From: Chiloscyllium plagiosum
Taxonomy: Eukaryota
Reading direction: 5' to 3'
Assembly: GCF_004010195.1 (NCBI RefSeq)
Contig: NC_057753.1
Location: 4,019,656 to 4,083,655, forward strand
DNA length: 64,000 nt
The number at the start of each line of letters is the position of its first letter. Within the stretch, counting starts at the first letter, position 1. The notes below the pieces were generated by a model. It searched no databases, was not told where the DNA came from, and saw only the letters and a program-made list of their open reading frames with translations. The position numbers and the translations under genes are program-made. This document shows, piece by piece, positions 1-11,992 of this stretch.

Positions 1-200
1 TTTCTGACGCCCCTCCCCCAAGTCCCTCCTCCCTATCTTTTATCTTAGCCTGCTGGACACACTTTCCTCATTCCTGAAGAAGGGCTTATGCCCGAAACGT
101 CGATTCTCCTGTTCCCTGGATGCTGCCTGACCTGCTGCGCTTTTCCAGCAACACATTTTCAGCTCTGATCGCCAGCATCTGCAGTCCTCACTTTCTCCTT
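1..200 (+). mobile_element. Penelope-like element 3' end (pLTR) with minimal hammerhead ribozyme
   Basis: CTGAAGA-A-GGGC-TTAT-GCCC-GAAA-CGTC at 74-101; a closely related unit ends the GIY-YIG element at 43130-44770. Confidence 0.8.
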
Positions 201-410
201 AACACTATTACCCCTGACTAATCCACCAAACCTGAACACTACGGGCAATTTAGCACGGCCAATCCACCCTAACCTGCACATCTTTGGACTGTGGGAGGAA
301 ACCCACGCAGACCCAGGGAGAATGTGCAAACACCACACAGACAGTCACCCCGAGGCTGGAGTCACCTGGGTCCCTGACGCTGCGAGGCAGCAGTGTTAAC
401 CACTGAGTCA
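201..410 (-). mobile_element. HE1-like SINE
   Basis: Reverse complement of the tRNA-like head (CTCAGTGGTTAACACTGCTGCCTC) and shared core. Confidence 0.8.
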
Positions 411-699
411 CCTTTTTTTTCCAAAAAGACTGAGTGCATTGACCCTGCCTCTCCTGCTCACAGATAATAGCAAAAACATCAAAAACTGTGCATCGCATCG
501 AGCAACAAACCTCAGGCTATTAAGCCAAGAAGCTTAATATTATTGGTCAGATTGGGGCAGTGTAAAAATCTATGTCTCAGAGGCATTTAGACAGGCACAT
601 CTACAGGCGAGCAGTGAAGGGGTCCGGATAAGTGCAGGCGGGTGGGACAAGTTTGAAATGGCCTCATGGGCAGTGCCGACACGCTGGGGCGAAGAGCCC

Positions 700-1000
700 T
701 ATTCTGTGGTCTGCTTTCACTCGCAATCAGTGCACAACAAGCTGGGGTTGTGACTTACTCAAATCCATAGAGGCAACTTCAGAGTTGCCTATTTTTCTAC
801 AAAGCTTGACCCTGTTGCTTTGGGACATCCCCGCTGTACTCCGATTTTAACTGCCCTTTACCTCAATTTACAAGCAGCAGAGAACCTTCCACTGCAACAA
901 GACTTTGTCATCTACAGTACACATTCAGTAATTGCCCTGTTAGGGAATTTGCAAACTCAGCATTTGACAGCAGCCTGACAAAACCGTTCTGAGTTTTATC
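700..1000 (+). pseudogene. pol: ERV-A pol RT connection-domain fragment
   Basis: Translates LTQIHRGNFRVAYFSTKLDPVALGHPRC...STHSVIALLGNLQTQHLTAA*, a class I retroviral tether region. Confidence 0.75.
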
Positions 1001-1328
1001 GTTAACGTCCCGACAGGGGCTGGGAGGTTAACGATAGGAGTGATGCGGCTCTGTTCCAAAGAGCGTGAATCAGCTGATAATAAAACCCAAGAACTTGACT
1101 TGGCGTAGTGTGATGGGAACTTTGTGAGGAAACTACTCATCCTAAGTGCTTCAAGTAATTGAGGAGAAGGAAGACATTGGATCAGTTTGATTCTTCATCA
1201 GTGCTGGCTACAAGGTGATCGTCCACATATTGAACTAATGTGGATCCACTTGTTCAGGTTAAACATTTCAATTGTTTCTGTAAGATGAGAAAAAAAAAGT
1301 GTTGCAGAATGATCGAAGCCCTGAGGTA

Positions 1329-1886
1329 GTCATAGAGATGTACAGCATGGAAACAGACCCTTCGGTCCAACCCGTCCATGCCAGCCAGGTAACCCAACCC
1401 AATCTAGTCCCACCTGCCAGCACCCAGCTCATATCCCCCCCTCTCCAAACCCTTCCTATTCATATACCCATCCAAATGCCTCTTAAATGTTGCGATTGTA
1501 CCAGCCTCCACCACATCCTCTGGCATCTCATTCCATACACGTACCACCTGCCGTGTGAAAAAGTTGCCCCTTAGGTCTCTTTTATATCTTTCCCCTCTCA
1601 CCTTAAACAGACACCCTCTAGTTCTGGACTCCCTGACCCCAGGGAAAAGACTTTGCCTATTTATCCTATCCATGCCCCTCAATTTTATAAACCTCAATAA
1701 GGTCACCCCTCAGCCTCCGACGCTCCAGGGAAAACAGCCCCAGCCTGTTCAGCCTCTCCCTTTGGCTCAAATCCTCCAACCCTGGCAACACCCTTGTGAA
1801 ACTTGAAAGGGTTCAGAAAAGATTTACAGCATCTTTCCGATAGGAAGAAGACCAGAATTGCACACAATATTCCAACAGTGGCCAAG
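1329..1886 (-). mobile_element. CR1/HER1 LINE 3' fragment inserted in ERV-A RT
   Basis: RT C-terminal TRG..RGNFFT.RVVRVWN motif and HER1-type tail. Confidence 0.85.
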
Positions 1887-2239
1887 TTAGCTGCTGTCCA
1901 TTATAGGTGAGGGGAAATAAGCACTGGCTGTTCTCATGAACAGGCAGTGAGAAAAGGGCATGTTGAAGATCAATGACAACAAATTTAGCATCCTCAGGTA
2001 TTGTTGATAAAATATGAGCTGGGTTTGGAACCAAGGCATGAAGTGGTTGTAGAATGGCGTGGATCGTTCTTAAATCTTGTACCATCCTGTATGGATTTGG
2101 TTTTCCAGGCTCTAGGACAGCCATAATTGGAGTGTTTAGATCAGAGTGGTGCTGGAAGAGCACAACAGGTCAGGCAGCATCTGAGGAGCAGGAAAAAGGA
2201 AAATCGACATTTCAGGCAAAAGCCCTTCATCATTCCTGA

Positions 2240-2470
2240 TTTCCCTCTGACTAGTGCACCTAACACTATGGGGCAATATAGCATGGCCAATTCACCCTAA
2301 CCTGCACATCTTTGGACTGTGGGAGGAAACTGGAGCACCCGGTGAAAACCCACGCACTTACCGGTAGAGTGTGCAAACTCCACACAGACAGACAGTCGCC
2401 TGAGGCTGGAATCGAACCTGGGACCCTGGTGCTGTGAGGCAGCAGTGCTAACCACTGAGCCACCGTGCCA
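2240..2470 (-). mobile_element. HE1-like SINE
   Basis: GGCACGGTGGCTCAGTGGTTAGCACTGCTGCC head on the minus strand. Confidence 0.85.
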
Positions 2471-3349
2471 TTAAAGCAGTAATGCTCAGTATAGCTTGCT
2501 GTTTCAGTGGGTACTGGCCGAATGGATGGCAGAATAACATTTGGCTTCAAAGCGACTTGGATGGGTTCACAGTCTGTAAGTCCAACATGAGAGGATGTCT
2601 CAGCCCATACATCTGGGTTGACCAAACCAAAGATGTCCCGACTCTCATGATGCTGAAGTGTAGCATTGCAGGAAGTAGGATTCAAATGATATAGAACAGT
2701 CATATCCTCTTGAATCGTCTGCAGCACGTAACAGTGTGGGTCAGCCTTGGTAACTGCACAGTGAAACATAGGCATGGTGAGGCAGGTTGACTTGGAGTAA
2801 TAGGAGGTGCTGATGAGTCCCCTTGCTTCCACAGATGAGAAGGTATTTCAACAAAATCTGCCTCTCCTTCTAGACCGGTTCAAAACCTGCCCAGTCCATT
2901 TGGTTCCAACTAAATCCGTGAAGAAATTTGAGAATTTGATCTTGGCCTGTTCGATCATAAGCAACAGTAATGTGATCTCCAGAGTTTTGAGGGTCAATAT
3001 CAAGTGACCATCACTCTGGTTTAGTGGATACATACAGCTGACGTCCAGAGGAGTCAGGATCAAGCTGCACACCATCGGGGGAGTGTGGAAGTTTAACTTG
3101 AAAGGTGCACAGCAAGTCTCATCCCATCAGGTTGCATGATGTTTTATTTGTAATCACCAAACAATGAGACAGGGAATAACTTTGGAAGTAAACGGGAACT
3201 GGTTCAGAACGTGGGTATTCTTCCTCTGTCTCCTTGAAGACCAGATAAACTCTTCGTCCATTTTGAAATTGGCAAGTCCATGTCAGGTTTTACAGAACGT
3301 ATTGAAGCTCCAGTGTCGATTGGAAAAAAGGACACTATCTATCGTTCAC

Positions 3350-5130
3350 TTTAAGTAGGGCTGTGGGTTCCTGCTGAGGAGGCTGGAAACGGACAGCAAA
3401 ACGATTTAGTCACGAAGGAAGAGGAAAGATTGGTGAATTGTCCTCTTTGTTCTTGCTTTGATGCCTTTTCAGGGCAAGCAGTGGTAAGTACGGCCACAGA
3501 GAGTGCAGCCCTGAGTCGGGCAGTCACGGACCCAGTGATATTGGCTGTTACAATTAAAACGGCCAGGGGGTGTCTTTCTAGGTGGAGGTTTCAGCTCTTT
3601 GCAGAGCCTCTCAGACTCCGCACGGATGTTTGCTTGGAAGATCTTTCCCGAACAACAAATTCCGATCTTACACGCACTTGAGGGTTTTTCCTCTCTTTGG
3701 TATTTCCATAGAACTCTGCGGAGTGGGTTAGGAGCGACTCCAACCCATTCCACGTTATCTGTCTCGGCTGCTGTGGGCTCAGAGTCTTACTGAGTATTGA
3801 CAGCGTTGGAATTTCCATCCTGATCCTGATCCTGGTCTCCGGCATTCGATTCATAACGTGCTCTAAAACGTTCCCCCAAAAATCCTCAGCAGTCTCTTCA
3901 TTTTCCAGAATGTCAGCAAGGTCAACAGGCTTTGCCAAATACAGCTGATGCAGAATATGATCTTGTCTCTGTTGCTCCTGGACTACAGCCAGATCAGTGA
4001 AATTGTCACGATGAATGGGTTCAATAGAAAAAGGGCATATTCAGAGCAGGTAAACATTTGCTGTAAGAGAGCCCAAAGGTCTTTTGCTTTACCATCATAA
4101 ACATTAATTGTAGTCCTGATTTGGACTGGGGTGTGCAAAGTTAAAAAATCCCACAACACCAGGTTATGCCAGCAGACTATAACCTGGTGTTGTGGGATTT
4201 TTAATTTAACTGTAGCGTTTAGGAAAATTGACAAATTGCTGTGGCACCTTGTGGTGGCCCGGCGCATTACTGATGCTAGCCAGAATTTCAGGGGGCAATA
4301 AACGCGGAAAAGTAGCGTTAGGGGCAGCCGCTTGTGGGGTCGGTAGTTCCCTGACAAGGGGACATCCCTAATGTGGGCGCAGCGGCTTCCGCATCTTCAG
4401 GAGAGGAATTTGAAAACGTTTCTGATCGCTGAACATGACACTTCCTAAAAAGATGGGGACCGCCTTAATCTTTTCTGAGGGCGAGTGTTGTAAGCAATGT
4501 ATCCTGAAAAAGGGGGGGGGGGGAAGGGGGGAGAGGAGTAGCTACAATAGCCCGTGTTTTGGGGGTAACTGCTGAACTTACAACAGCCTGGGATTGGGAA
4601 GTCGAAGGATCATTTACAAGACGTAGGAGGGGTGCGACGGGAATGTGGGAATTCAGTGAGACTGCTCTACATTGCAAAGACATCAAACACCACTCATCTG
4701 AATCCCAATGGTTGTCTCCCACTTTAAAACCATCAAACTGTGTGCAGTTCCGTGTGTTTACCAAACATTATCCTTTTGTTTTCAGTTGTTGGTTTGCTCC
4801 AGCACATTCACTTTTGAGGACTTAGATTTCATCGCAGCATTTGCTGTTAATTCAATCCCCCCCCCCAAGTTTGGTGGCAGGCTCCTGCCACGATGACAAA
4901 ACTGCTTCCTTGTGGCCCTCAGCACAAAACCGTTACCTCAGTCTTTCGTTCCCACCCCCAGGTTAGGGTTTGCCAAATCAATTGCTGGAGCCCCTGTAAC
5001 CGGTTGGACAGCTTGCGGGGCACCTAGTGGCCGTCCTTCATCGCCCCCTGTTTTGCTGAGACCTCCACACGGCTTTCTAAAGGCCGCGCAGTTTTCAGGA
5101 AACTCTTCACATAATTTCACTATCATCTGT
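3350..5130 (-). pseudogene. gag: ERV-A gag (degraded)
   Basis: Zinc knuckle RFNCNSQYHWVRDCP, proline-rich PLPPSPPP, homology to the gag piece at 14924-15440, position upstream of protease; the 5' limit is uncertain. Confidence 0.7.
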
Positions 5131-5701
5131 TCTCTGTAACTACCCCTTTTCTAAATTACTTCAGTTTTAGAGCAACTAATTTGAAAAAAAAAGTACTCAC
5201 AACTCCGACATCCACAAACCCCTCATTAATTTCACAAACCATTTTCTTAATAAAATTATAATATTGTGATAAGTTGCTTAATAAAAGAAACTTGAGTTTT
5301 TTTATTATTAATTATTATTTATTGTTAAGTTCCAGACCTCCTTTCCACCTATTATAAGCAGATCAATCTTAGTCAATATCTCTTAAAAGCAGCATCAACC
5401 GGCTGTATTAATATATCGGGGCCCATCCCCTCCGTAAACCGGGTCTAGCTGCCTCTGAAAATTGCCGAGGATTCAAAGGTCGGAGTTATTTTAACTTTGG
5501 AAATCAACGAAGCCCGGGAAATTGGAGTTTTTTATTAAATCTGGGAAATTAACAAAGCTGGAGAGATCAGAGTGGAACAATTTTTCCGAAACCACTGTCG
5601 GTGAGTACAAAAGCATCCCCAATTTCAGTTATTCTCTTCCTCCCCACCGACCCTTTTTCTAAAGTCTCCCAGACCCTACCCCTTGCTAAGACCGAGGCTT
5701 T

Positions 5702-7341
5702 TTGAGTAGTTCGAGAGGGGTTAAACTTGTATGGCAGGGGGGTGGGAACCTGAGCTGTATACCGGAGGTGAGAGTGGATGCAGATGAGGCAGTAGCAAGA
5801 GGTAGACCAGCTAGTGGGAAGGATTTTCCTGGCAAGGAACCAAGGGATCAGTTAAAGTGTGTTTGCTTTAACGCAAGGTGTATCAGGAATAAAAGTGACG
5901 AACTTAGAGCATGGATCAGTACCTGGTGCTATGATGTTGTGGCCATAACAGAGACATGGGTTTCTCAGGGGCAGGAATGGTTGCTGGATGTTCCAGGGTT
6001 TAGAGCATTTAAAAAGAATAGGGAGAGGGGAAAAAGAGGAGGGGTTGTAGCACTACTAATCAGAGAGGGTATCACAGCTACAGAAGCTTCCATTGTCGAG
6101 GAAGATGTGCCTACCGAATCAGTATGGGTGGAAATTAGGAACAGCAAGGGAGCAGTCACCTCATTAGGGGTTTACTANNNNNNNNNNNNNNNNNNNNNNN
6201 NNNNNNNNNNNNNNNNNNNNNNNNNNNNNNNNNNNNNNNNNNNNNNNNNNNNNNNNNNNNNNNNNNNNNNNNNNNNNNNNNNNNNNNNNNNNNNNNNNNN
6301 NNNNNNNNNNNNNNNNNNNNNNNNNNNNNNNNNNNNNNNNNNNNNNNNNNNNNNNNNNNNNNNNNNNNNNNNNNNNNNNNNNNNNNNNNNNNNNNNNNNN
6401 NNNNNNNNNNNNNNNNNNNNNNNNNNNNNNNNNNNNNNNNNNNNNNNNNNNNNNNNNNNNNNNNNNNNNNNNNNNNNNNNNNNNNNNNNNNNNNNNNNNN
6501 NNNNNNNNNNNNNNNNNNNNNNNNNNNNNNNNNNNNNNNNNNNNNNNNNNNNNNNNNNNNNNNNNNNNNNNNNNNNNNNNNNNNNNNNNNNNNNNNNNNN
6601 NNNNNNNNNNNNNNNNNNNNNNNNNNNNNNNNNNNNNNNNNNNNNNNNNNNNNNNNNNNNNNNNNNNNNNNNNNNNNNNNNNNNNNNNNNNNNNNNNNNN
6701 NNNNNNNNNNNNNNNNNNNNNNNNNNNNNNNNNNNNNNNNNNNNNNNNNNNNNNNNNNNNNNNNNNNNNNNNNNNNNNNNNNNNNNNNNNNNNNNNNNNN
6801 NNNNNNNNNNNNTTGGTTAGACTGCACTTGGAATACTGCGTCCAGTTCTGGTCGCCCTATTATAAGAAAGATGTGGATGCTTTGGAGAGGGTTCAGAGGA
6901 GGTTTACCAGGATGCTGCCTGGACTGGAGGGCTTATCTTATGAGGAGAGGTTGACTGAGCTCGGACTTTTTTCATTGGAGAAAAGGAGGAGGAGAGGGGA
7001 CCGAATTGAGGTATACAAGGTAATGAGAGGCATAGATAGAGTCGATAGCCAGAGACTATTTCCCAGGGCAGAAATGACGAAAAAGAGGGGTCATAGTTTT
7101 AAGTTGGTTGGAGGAAAGTATAGAGGGGATGTCAGAGGCGGGTTCTATACACAGAGAGTTGTGAGAGCATGGAATGCGAAGCCAGCAGCAGTTGTGGAAG
7201 CAGGGTCATTGGGGACATTTAAGAGACTGCTGGACATGCATATGGTCACAGAAATTTGCATACATGAGGATCAGTGGTCGGCACAACATGGTGGGCTGAA
7301 GGGCCTGTTCTGTGCTGTACTGTTCTATGTTCTATGTTCTA
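5702..7341 (+). mobile_element. CR1 LINE ORF2 (APE endonuclease, gap, RT C-terminus) with (TTCTATG)n tail
   Basis: [43 protein letters not shown]. Confidence 0.9.
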
Positions 7342-7885
7342 TCCCCTTCAAAGTGGCCTCTTGGTTTGAGATGGTTCAAAAGAATCAACAGAATGCAGTC
7401 TGTACAAAGCAAGGGTCGTAACTTTATTGAATTAAGGCACCTTGACGCAATTCTGTCCAGCAACACAGAGGTTAAAGCTTCTGTGTTCCGTGGGGAAGTT
7501 GTACATTTACATTCAAAAATTACACATTATTTATATGTTTTTTCAGAGACGGTACAGCCTTAAATCAACTGTAATATGGTTGCATGATTGACAACAGGCT
7601 AATCCAATGATATTCCCTGGGGAATAAGTCTTAATTCCGTAAATGCCATATATCAGTTCAAGGTTAGTTGGACTGGCCAATTAATGTGTCAGTATTCATC
7701 TGTCCTCTTATCTTTGGATATCAGCTTAATTCTGCAAATCAGCAGGACAGGTTCGCAGGGTTCAACCAGTATTCTCAGCCACTTTGTTGTGTTATTTTAA
7801 ATTGAAAAGCCATTTTATGGTCAGTAAAAATCTACATATGCTTGTGGCTTCTGGCAATAACCAAAATTCAAATTTTAGATCCTCA
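7342..7885 (-). mobile_element. ERV-A LTR (minus), probable 5' LTR of the minus gag-pol
   Basis: Reverse complement starts TGAGGATCTAAAATTTGAATTT as at 14135; about 21 differences in the first 181 bp counted by eye. Confidence 0.85.
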
Positions 7886-8516
7886 CGGGAACTAGTCTTT
7901 CAGGTTACGCTGTAGTTGATGACTAGGACTCTATCCTCAAGTCTGCTGCCTTTGATAGCCCTTTTTTCAGCTCAGATGTCGAACGTTTTGCACTCATTCG
8001 TACTTGTATACTAGGGTCAGGGCTCCACGCTAACACTTCCACTGATTCCCAATATGTGGTTGTACATGGTTTTAGGCAACATTGGAGTAACAGGGGATTC
8101 TTGACATCATCCGGTACTCCCATTTCTCACCGACAGTTAGTATCAGACCTTCTAACCACGCTCTTGCTCCCAAAGCAGGTATCTGTTATAAAGTGTACTG
8201 CTCATGGAAAAGGCCAAAACTCTGTTGATGTTGGCAACCGTGCTGCTGATTCAGCACAATCAGCCATAAATGATGAGTCAGACTGAAAACTTGGACAAGA
8301 GTAAGTCTACCTCAGATCAACTGATCTGAACCATTCAAGATGTGGTTACCTTACAGAGGGACGCCTCTGAATCCGAAAGGCAGTTGTGGCCCAAAGCAGG
8401 TTGTTTTTGTAATCCTGTTACTAAACTATGGACCACTCCAGGCTGGACAGGTTTGGAAGTCTGATGAACTTATTCATAACGCTGCTCACTGTGGTGCTTG
8501 CTCAACATCTGACTAA

Positions 8517-9555
8517 TAGAGTCATAGAGATGTACAGCATTGAAACAGACCCTTCGGTCCAACCCGTCCATGCTGACCAGATATCCCAACCCAATCTAGT
8601 CCCACCTGCCAGCACCCGGCCCATATCCCTCCAAACCCTTCCTGTTCATATACCCATCCAAATGCCTCTTAAATGTTGCAATTGTACCAGCCTCCACCAC
8701 TTCCTCTGGCAGCTCATTCAATATACGCACCACACTCTGCGTGAAAAAGTTGCCCTTAGGTCCCTTTTATATTAGATTAGATTACTTACAGTGTGGAAAC
8801 AGGCCCTTCAGCCCAACAAGTCCACACCGACCCGCCGAAGCGCAACCCACCCATACCCCTACATTTACCCCTTACCTAACACTACGGGCAATTTAGCATG
8901 GCCAATTCACCTGACCTGCACATCTTTGGACTTGGGGAGTAAACCGGAGCACCCGGAGGAAACCCACGCAGACACGGGGTGCAAACTCCACGCAGTCAGT
9001 CGCCTGAGGCGGGAATTGAACCCGGTCTCTGGCGCTGTGAGGCAGCAGTGCTAACCACTGTGCCACCCATCTTTCCCCTCTCACCCTAAACCTATGCCCT
9101 CTAGTTCTAGACTCCCCCACCCCAGGGAAAAGACTTTGTCTATTTATCNNNNNNCTTCACTATCCTATCTACCTGCGACTCCACTTTCAAGGAGCTATGA
9201 ACCTGCACTCCAAAGTCTCTTTGTTCAGCAACACTCCCTAGGACCGTACCATTAAGTGTATAAGATTTTCTTTCCCAAAATGCAGCACCTCGCATTTATC
9301 TGAATTAAACTCCATCTGCCACTTCTCAGCCCTTTGGCCCATCATGTCCAGATCCTGTTGTAATCTGAGGTAACCCTCGTCGCTGTCCACTACACCTCCA
9401 CACCTCGCATTTATCTGAATTAAACTCCATCTGCCACTTCTCAGCCCTTTGGCCCATCTGGTCCAGATCCTGTTGTACTCTGAGGTAACCCTCGTCGCTG
9501 TCCACTACACCTCCAATTTAGGTGTCATCTGCAAACTTACTAACTGTACCTCTTA
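8517..9555 (-). mobile_element. CR1 fragment with nested HE1 SINE (8773-9068)
   Basis: CR1 3' end split by a full SINE with (TAGAT)n tail. Confidence 0.8.
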
Positions 9556-9784
9556 TTGCTTTTGGATAGCTGGTGGCATCCACGCCTCCAGCAAATGGCT
9601 CAACAACTAAGTGATGGGTGCCTCATTTGTCAGGAACACAATCCTGGAAAAGGTATTCCTTGCCCTATGGGTCAGATACCCCTCCCTGAGGAACCTTTTC
9701 AAAATCTTCAACTCGAAGTTAGTGAATTAGAAAGTGTCAAAATTATAAGTATGTTTTAGTTATTGTTGATGTTTTCTCTAAATG

Positions 9785-10272
9785 GGGCAACATGGTAGCT
9801 CAGTGGTTAGCACTGCTGCCATACAGCACCAAGGACCCAGGTTCGATCCCAGCCTTGGGTGACTGTCTGTGTGGGTTTCCTCTGGGTGCTCTGGTGTCCT
9901 CCCACAAGCCATAGATATGCAGGTTAGGGTGGATTGGCCGTGCTAAATTTCACCATAGTGTTAGGTGCATTGGTCAGGGTGGATTACTTTGTGGGCGGCA
10001 CAGTGGTTAGCACTGTTGCTTCACAGTGCCAGGGACCCGGGTTCAGTTCCTGCCTCAGGCAACTGTCTGTGTGGAGTTTGCACATTCTCCCCATGTCTGC
10101 GTGGGTTTCCTCCCACAGTCCAAAAATGCGCAGGTTAGGTGAATTGGCCACGCTAAATTGCCTGTAGTGTTAGGTACAGGGGAATGGGTCTGGATGGGTT
10201 GCTCTTCAGATGGTCAGTGTGGACTTGTTGGGCCGAAGGGCCTGTTTCCACACTAAGTAATCTAACCTAAAT
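9785..10272 (+). mobile_element. Two tandem HE1-like SINEs within integrase
   Basis: Two tRNA-like heads at ~9785 and ~9993. Confidence 0.8.
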
Positions 10273-10910
10273 CTTATCCTACTGCAAAAACTGTTGGAAG
10301 TATCCTACTTAAGGAGATTATTCCCTGCTTTGGTCGGTCGGTCTTCAGGTAATGGTCCTCATTTTATTGGTGATATAAATGAGGAATTGTGCTCTCAGTT
10401 TGGCATCAGACGTCAACTTCACTGTGCGTGTCACCTGCAGGCTGCAGGCCTTGTGGAAGGCTGGAACCGAACTCTGAAAACTAAACGTGCCAAATTAGCT
10501 TCCGTGACAGGCCTTTCCTGGGTTAAACTATTGCCCCTGGCTCTGTTTCACCTACGCTGCACCCCACTGTTTATCCCTCACCGAAATAGTTAATGGCTGA
10601 GCCTTTCGCACACCTTGGAACGACATTATTGCCCCTGTCCACCCTCCACCATATAGCGGATGACATGACTTCCTATGTACTTTCCCTGACTAAACTTTTG
10701 CGAGGATTTCATTCTCGAGTACGTACAGCTTATGGAAAACTCCACGCCCTTGAAGGAGTTCACAATATTAAGCCCGGATTCTTTGTCTTTGTCAAAAATT
10801 GGACGCGCCGCGGCCTACAACCCCATTGGGAAGGACCCAGTCAGGTCCTCCTCAGCACCGCAACTGCTGTCAAAATGGCAGGGAGGTCTGCATGGATTTA
10901 CACCCATGCT

Positions 10911-11992
10911 TGTAATGTCATTGGAGATGTATCTAAGAAAGGGGGGAGATGACAGATATGATGGAGATGATGAGAGTTCATCAGAAGATGATGGAGATAA
11001 TTAAACTGTAAGAAAGCGGAGAAAGAAATTGGTACCAGACTATTAGGTCATAGCCTCCTTTTTGAATTGTAATTTTCTTTCTGTATTAGATATTTTACAC
11101 CTTGCTACAGAAATGACTCAGGCAGAAGTGAGGAACCATTTCATGTTGGAAGGCCGCATTATGTTAGTTGGAATCTAATAAGGCCGCATCCAAGAAACTT
11201 CAATTATACATTCTCCAAAATTCACATGATTTTGTAAAAGTCTAACTACTATAGAACATAGAACAATACAGCACAGAACAGGCCCTTCGGCCCACGATGT
11301 TGTGCCGAACTTCTAACCTAGCTTAAGCACCCATCCATGTACCTATCCAAATGCCGCTTAAAGGTCGCCAATGATTCCGACTCTACCACTCCCACGGGCA
11401 GCGCATTCCATGCCCCCACCACTCTCTGGGTAAAGAACCCACCCCTGACATCTCCCCTATACCTTCCACCCTTCACCGTAAATTTATGTCCCCTTGTAAC
11501 ACTCGGTTGTGCCCGGGGAAAAAGTTTCTGACTGTCACCCTCTCCAAAATTTCCACATCTTTCCTAAAGTGAGGCGACCAGAACTGCACACAGTACTCCA
11601 ACTGTGGCCTAACCAAAGTCCTGTACTATGTACTACTATGTACTAACTAACTAAAAAAAAAAGAAAAAAAGTGTTAATTCTAAAGTTAACTAACCTTTTA
11701 ATGACTTTGTTGTGACTGCTTTTTGTCGGAATCACGAGCATAGCAGGTGTCGAAATAGCCCGTATGTCTTACCAATTGTTTTTAGTTGTGGCGGTCAGTC
11801 TGTGAGGATTACTTTGTTGAACTTTCTTTTACTTTGGTATTTTAAATACATTCATTTTAAGATTAAAATAAAAATAATAAAAAGGACAAAAAAACATATT
11901 AATAAAAAATAAAAGATTTGTTCGGCAAAATTTGGATTCATTCAAAAGGCCACAGCCAATGGCCCTGGAAGGCCGCAGGTTCCCCACCCCTG
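10911..11992. mobile_element. hAT/Charlie-like DNA transposon remnant with nested CR1 (11251-11625)
   Basis: Right end reads CAGGGGTGGGGAACCTGCGGCC on the minus strand; repeated GGCCGCA motifs; no left TIR found. Confidence 0.5.

Larger units (their letters stand above)
1001..3350 (-). pseudogene. pol: ERV-A pro-pol 5' half (protease, 2H-like insert, RT), degraded and interrupted by CR1, PLE and SINE
   Basis: IDTGAS (3306-3320), NLMG*DLL, NTPIMAV..YRMVQDLR, VIDLQHALFSLP, LPQGF, QYVDD. Confidence 0.85.
7886..10910 (+). pseudogene. pol: ERV-A pol 3' half (RNase H, integrase), interrupted
   Basis: SGYAVV, TDSQY, VIKCTAH..GNRAAD, WWHP..CLICQEHNPGK, GNGPHF, GLVEGWNRTLK, WEGPSQVLLST. Confidence 0.85.

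Noticed and set aside
5340..5700. PBS and U5 end for ERV-A
   Set aside because: No convincing TGG plus tRNA complement; AATCCTCGGCA near 5463 is only a weak LTR-end candidate
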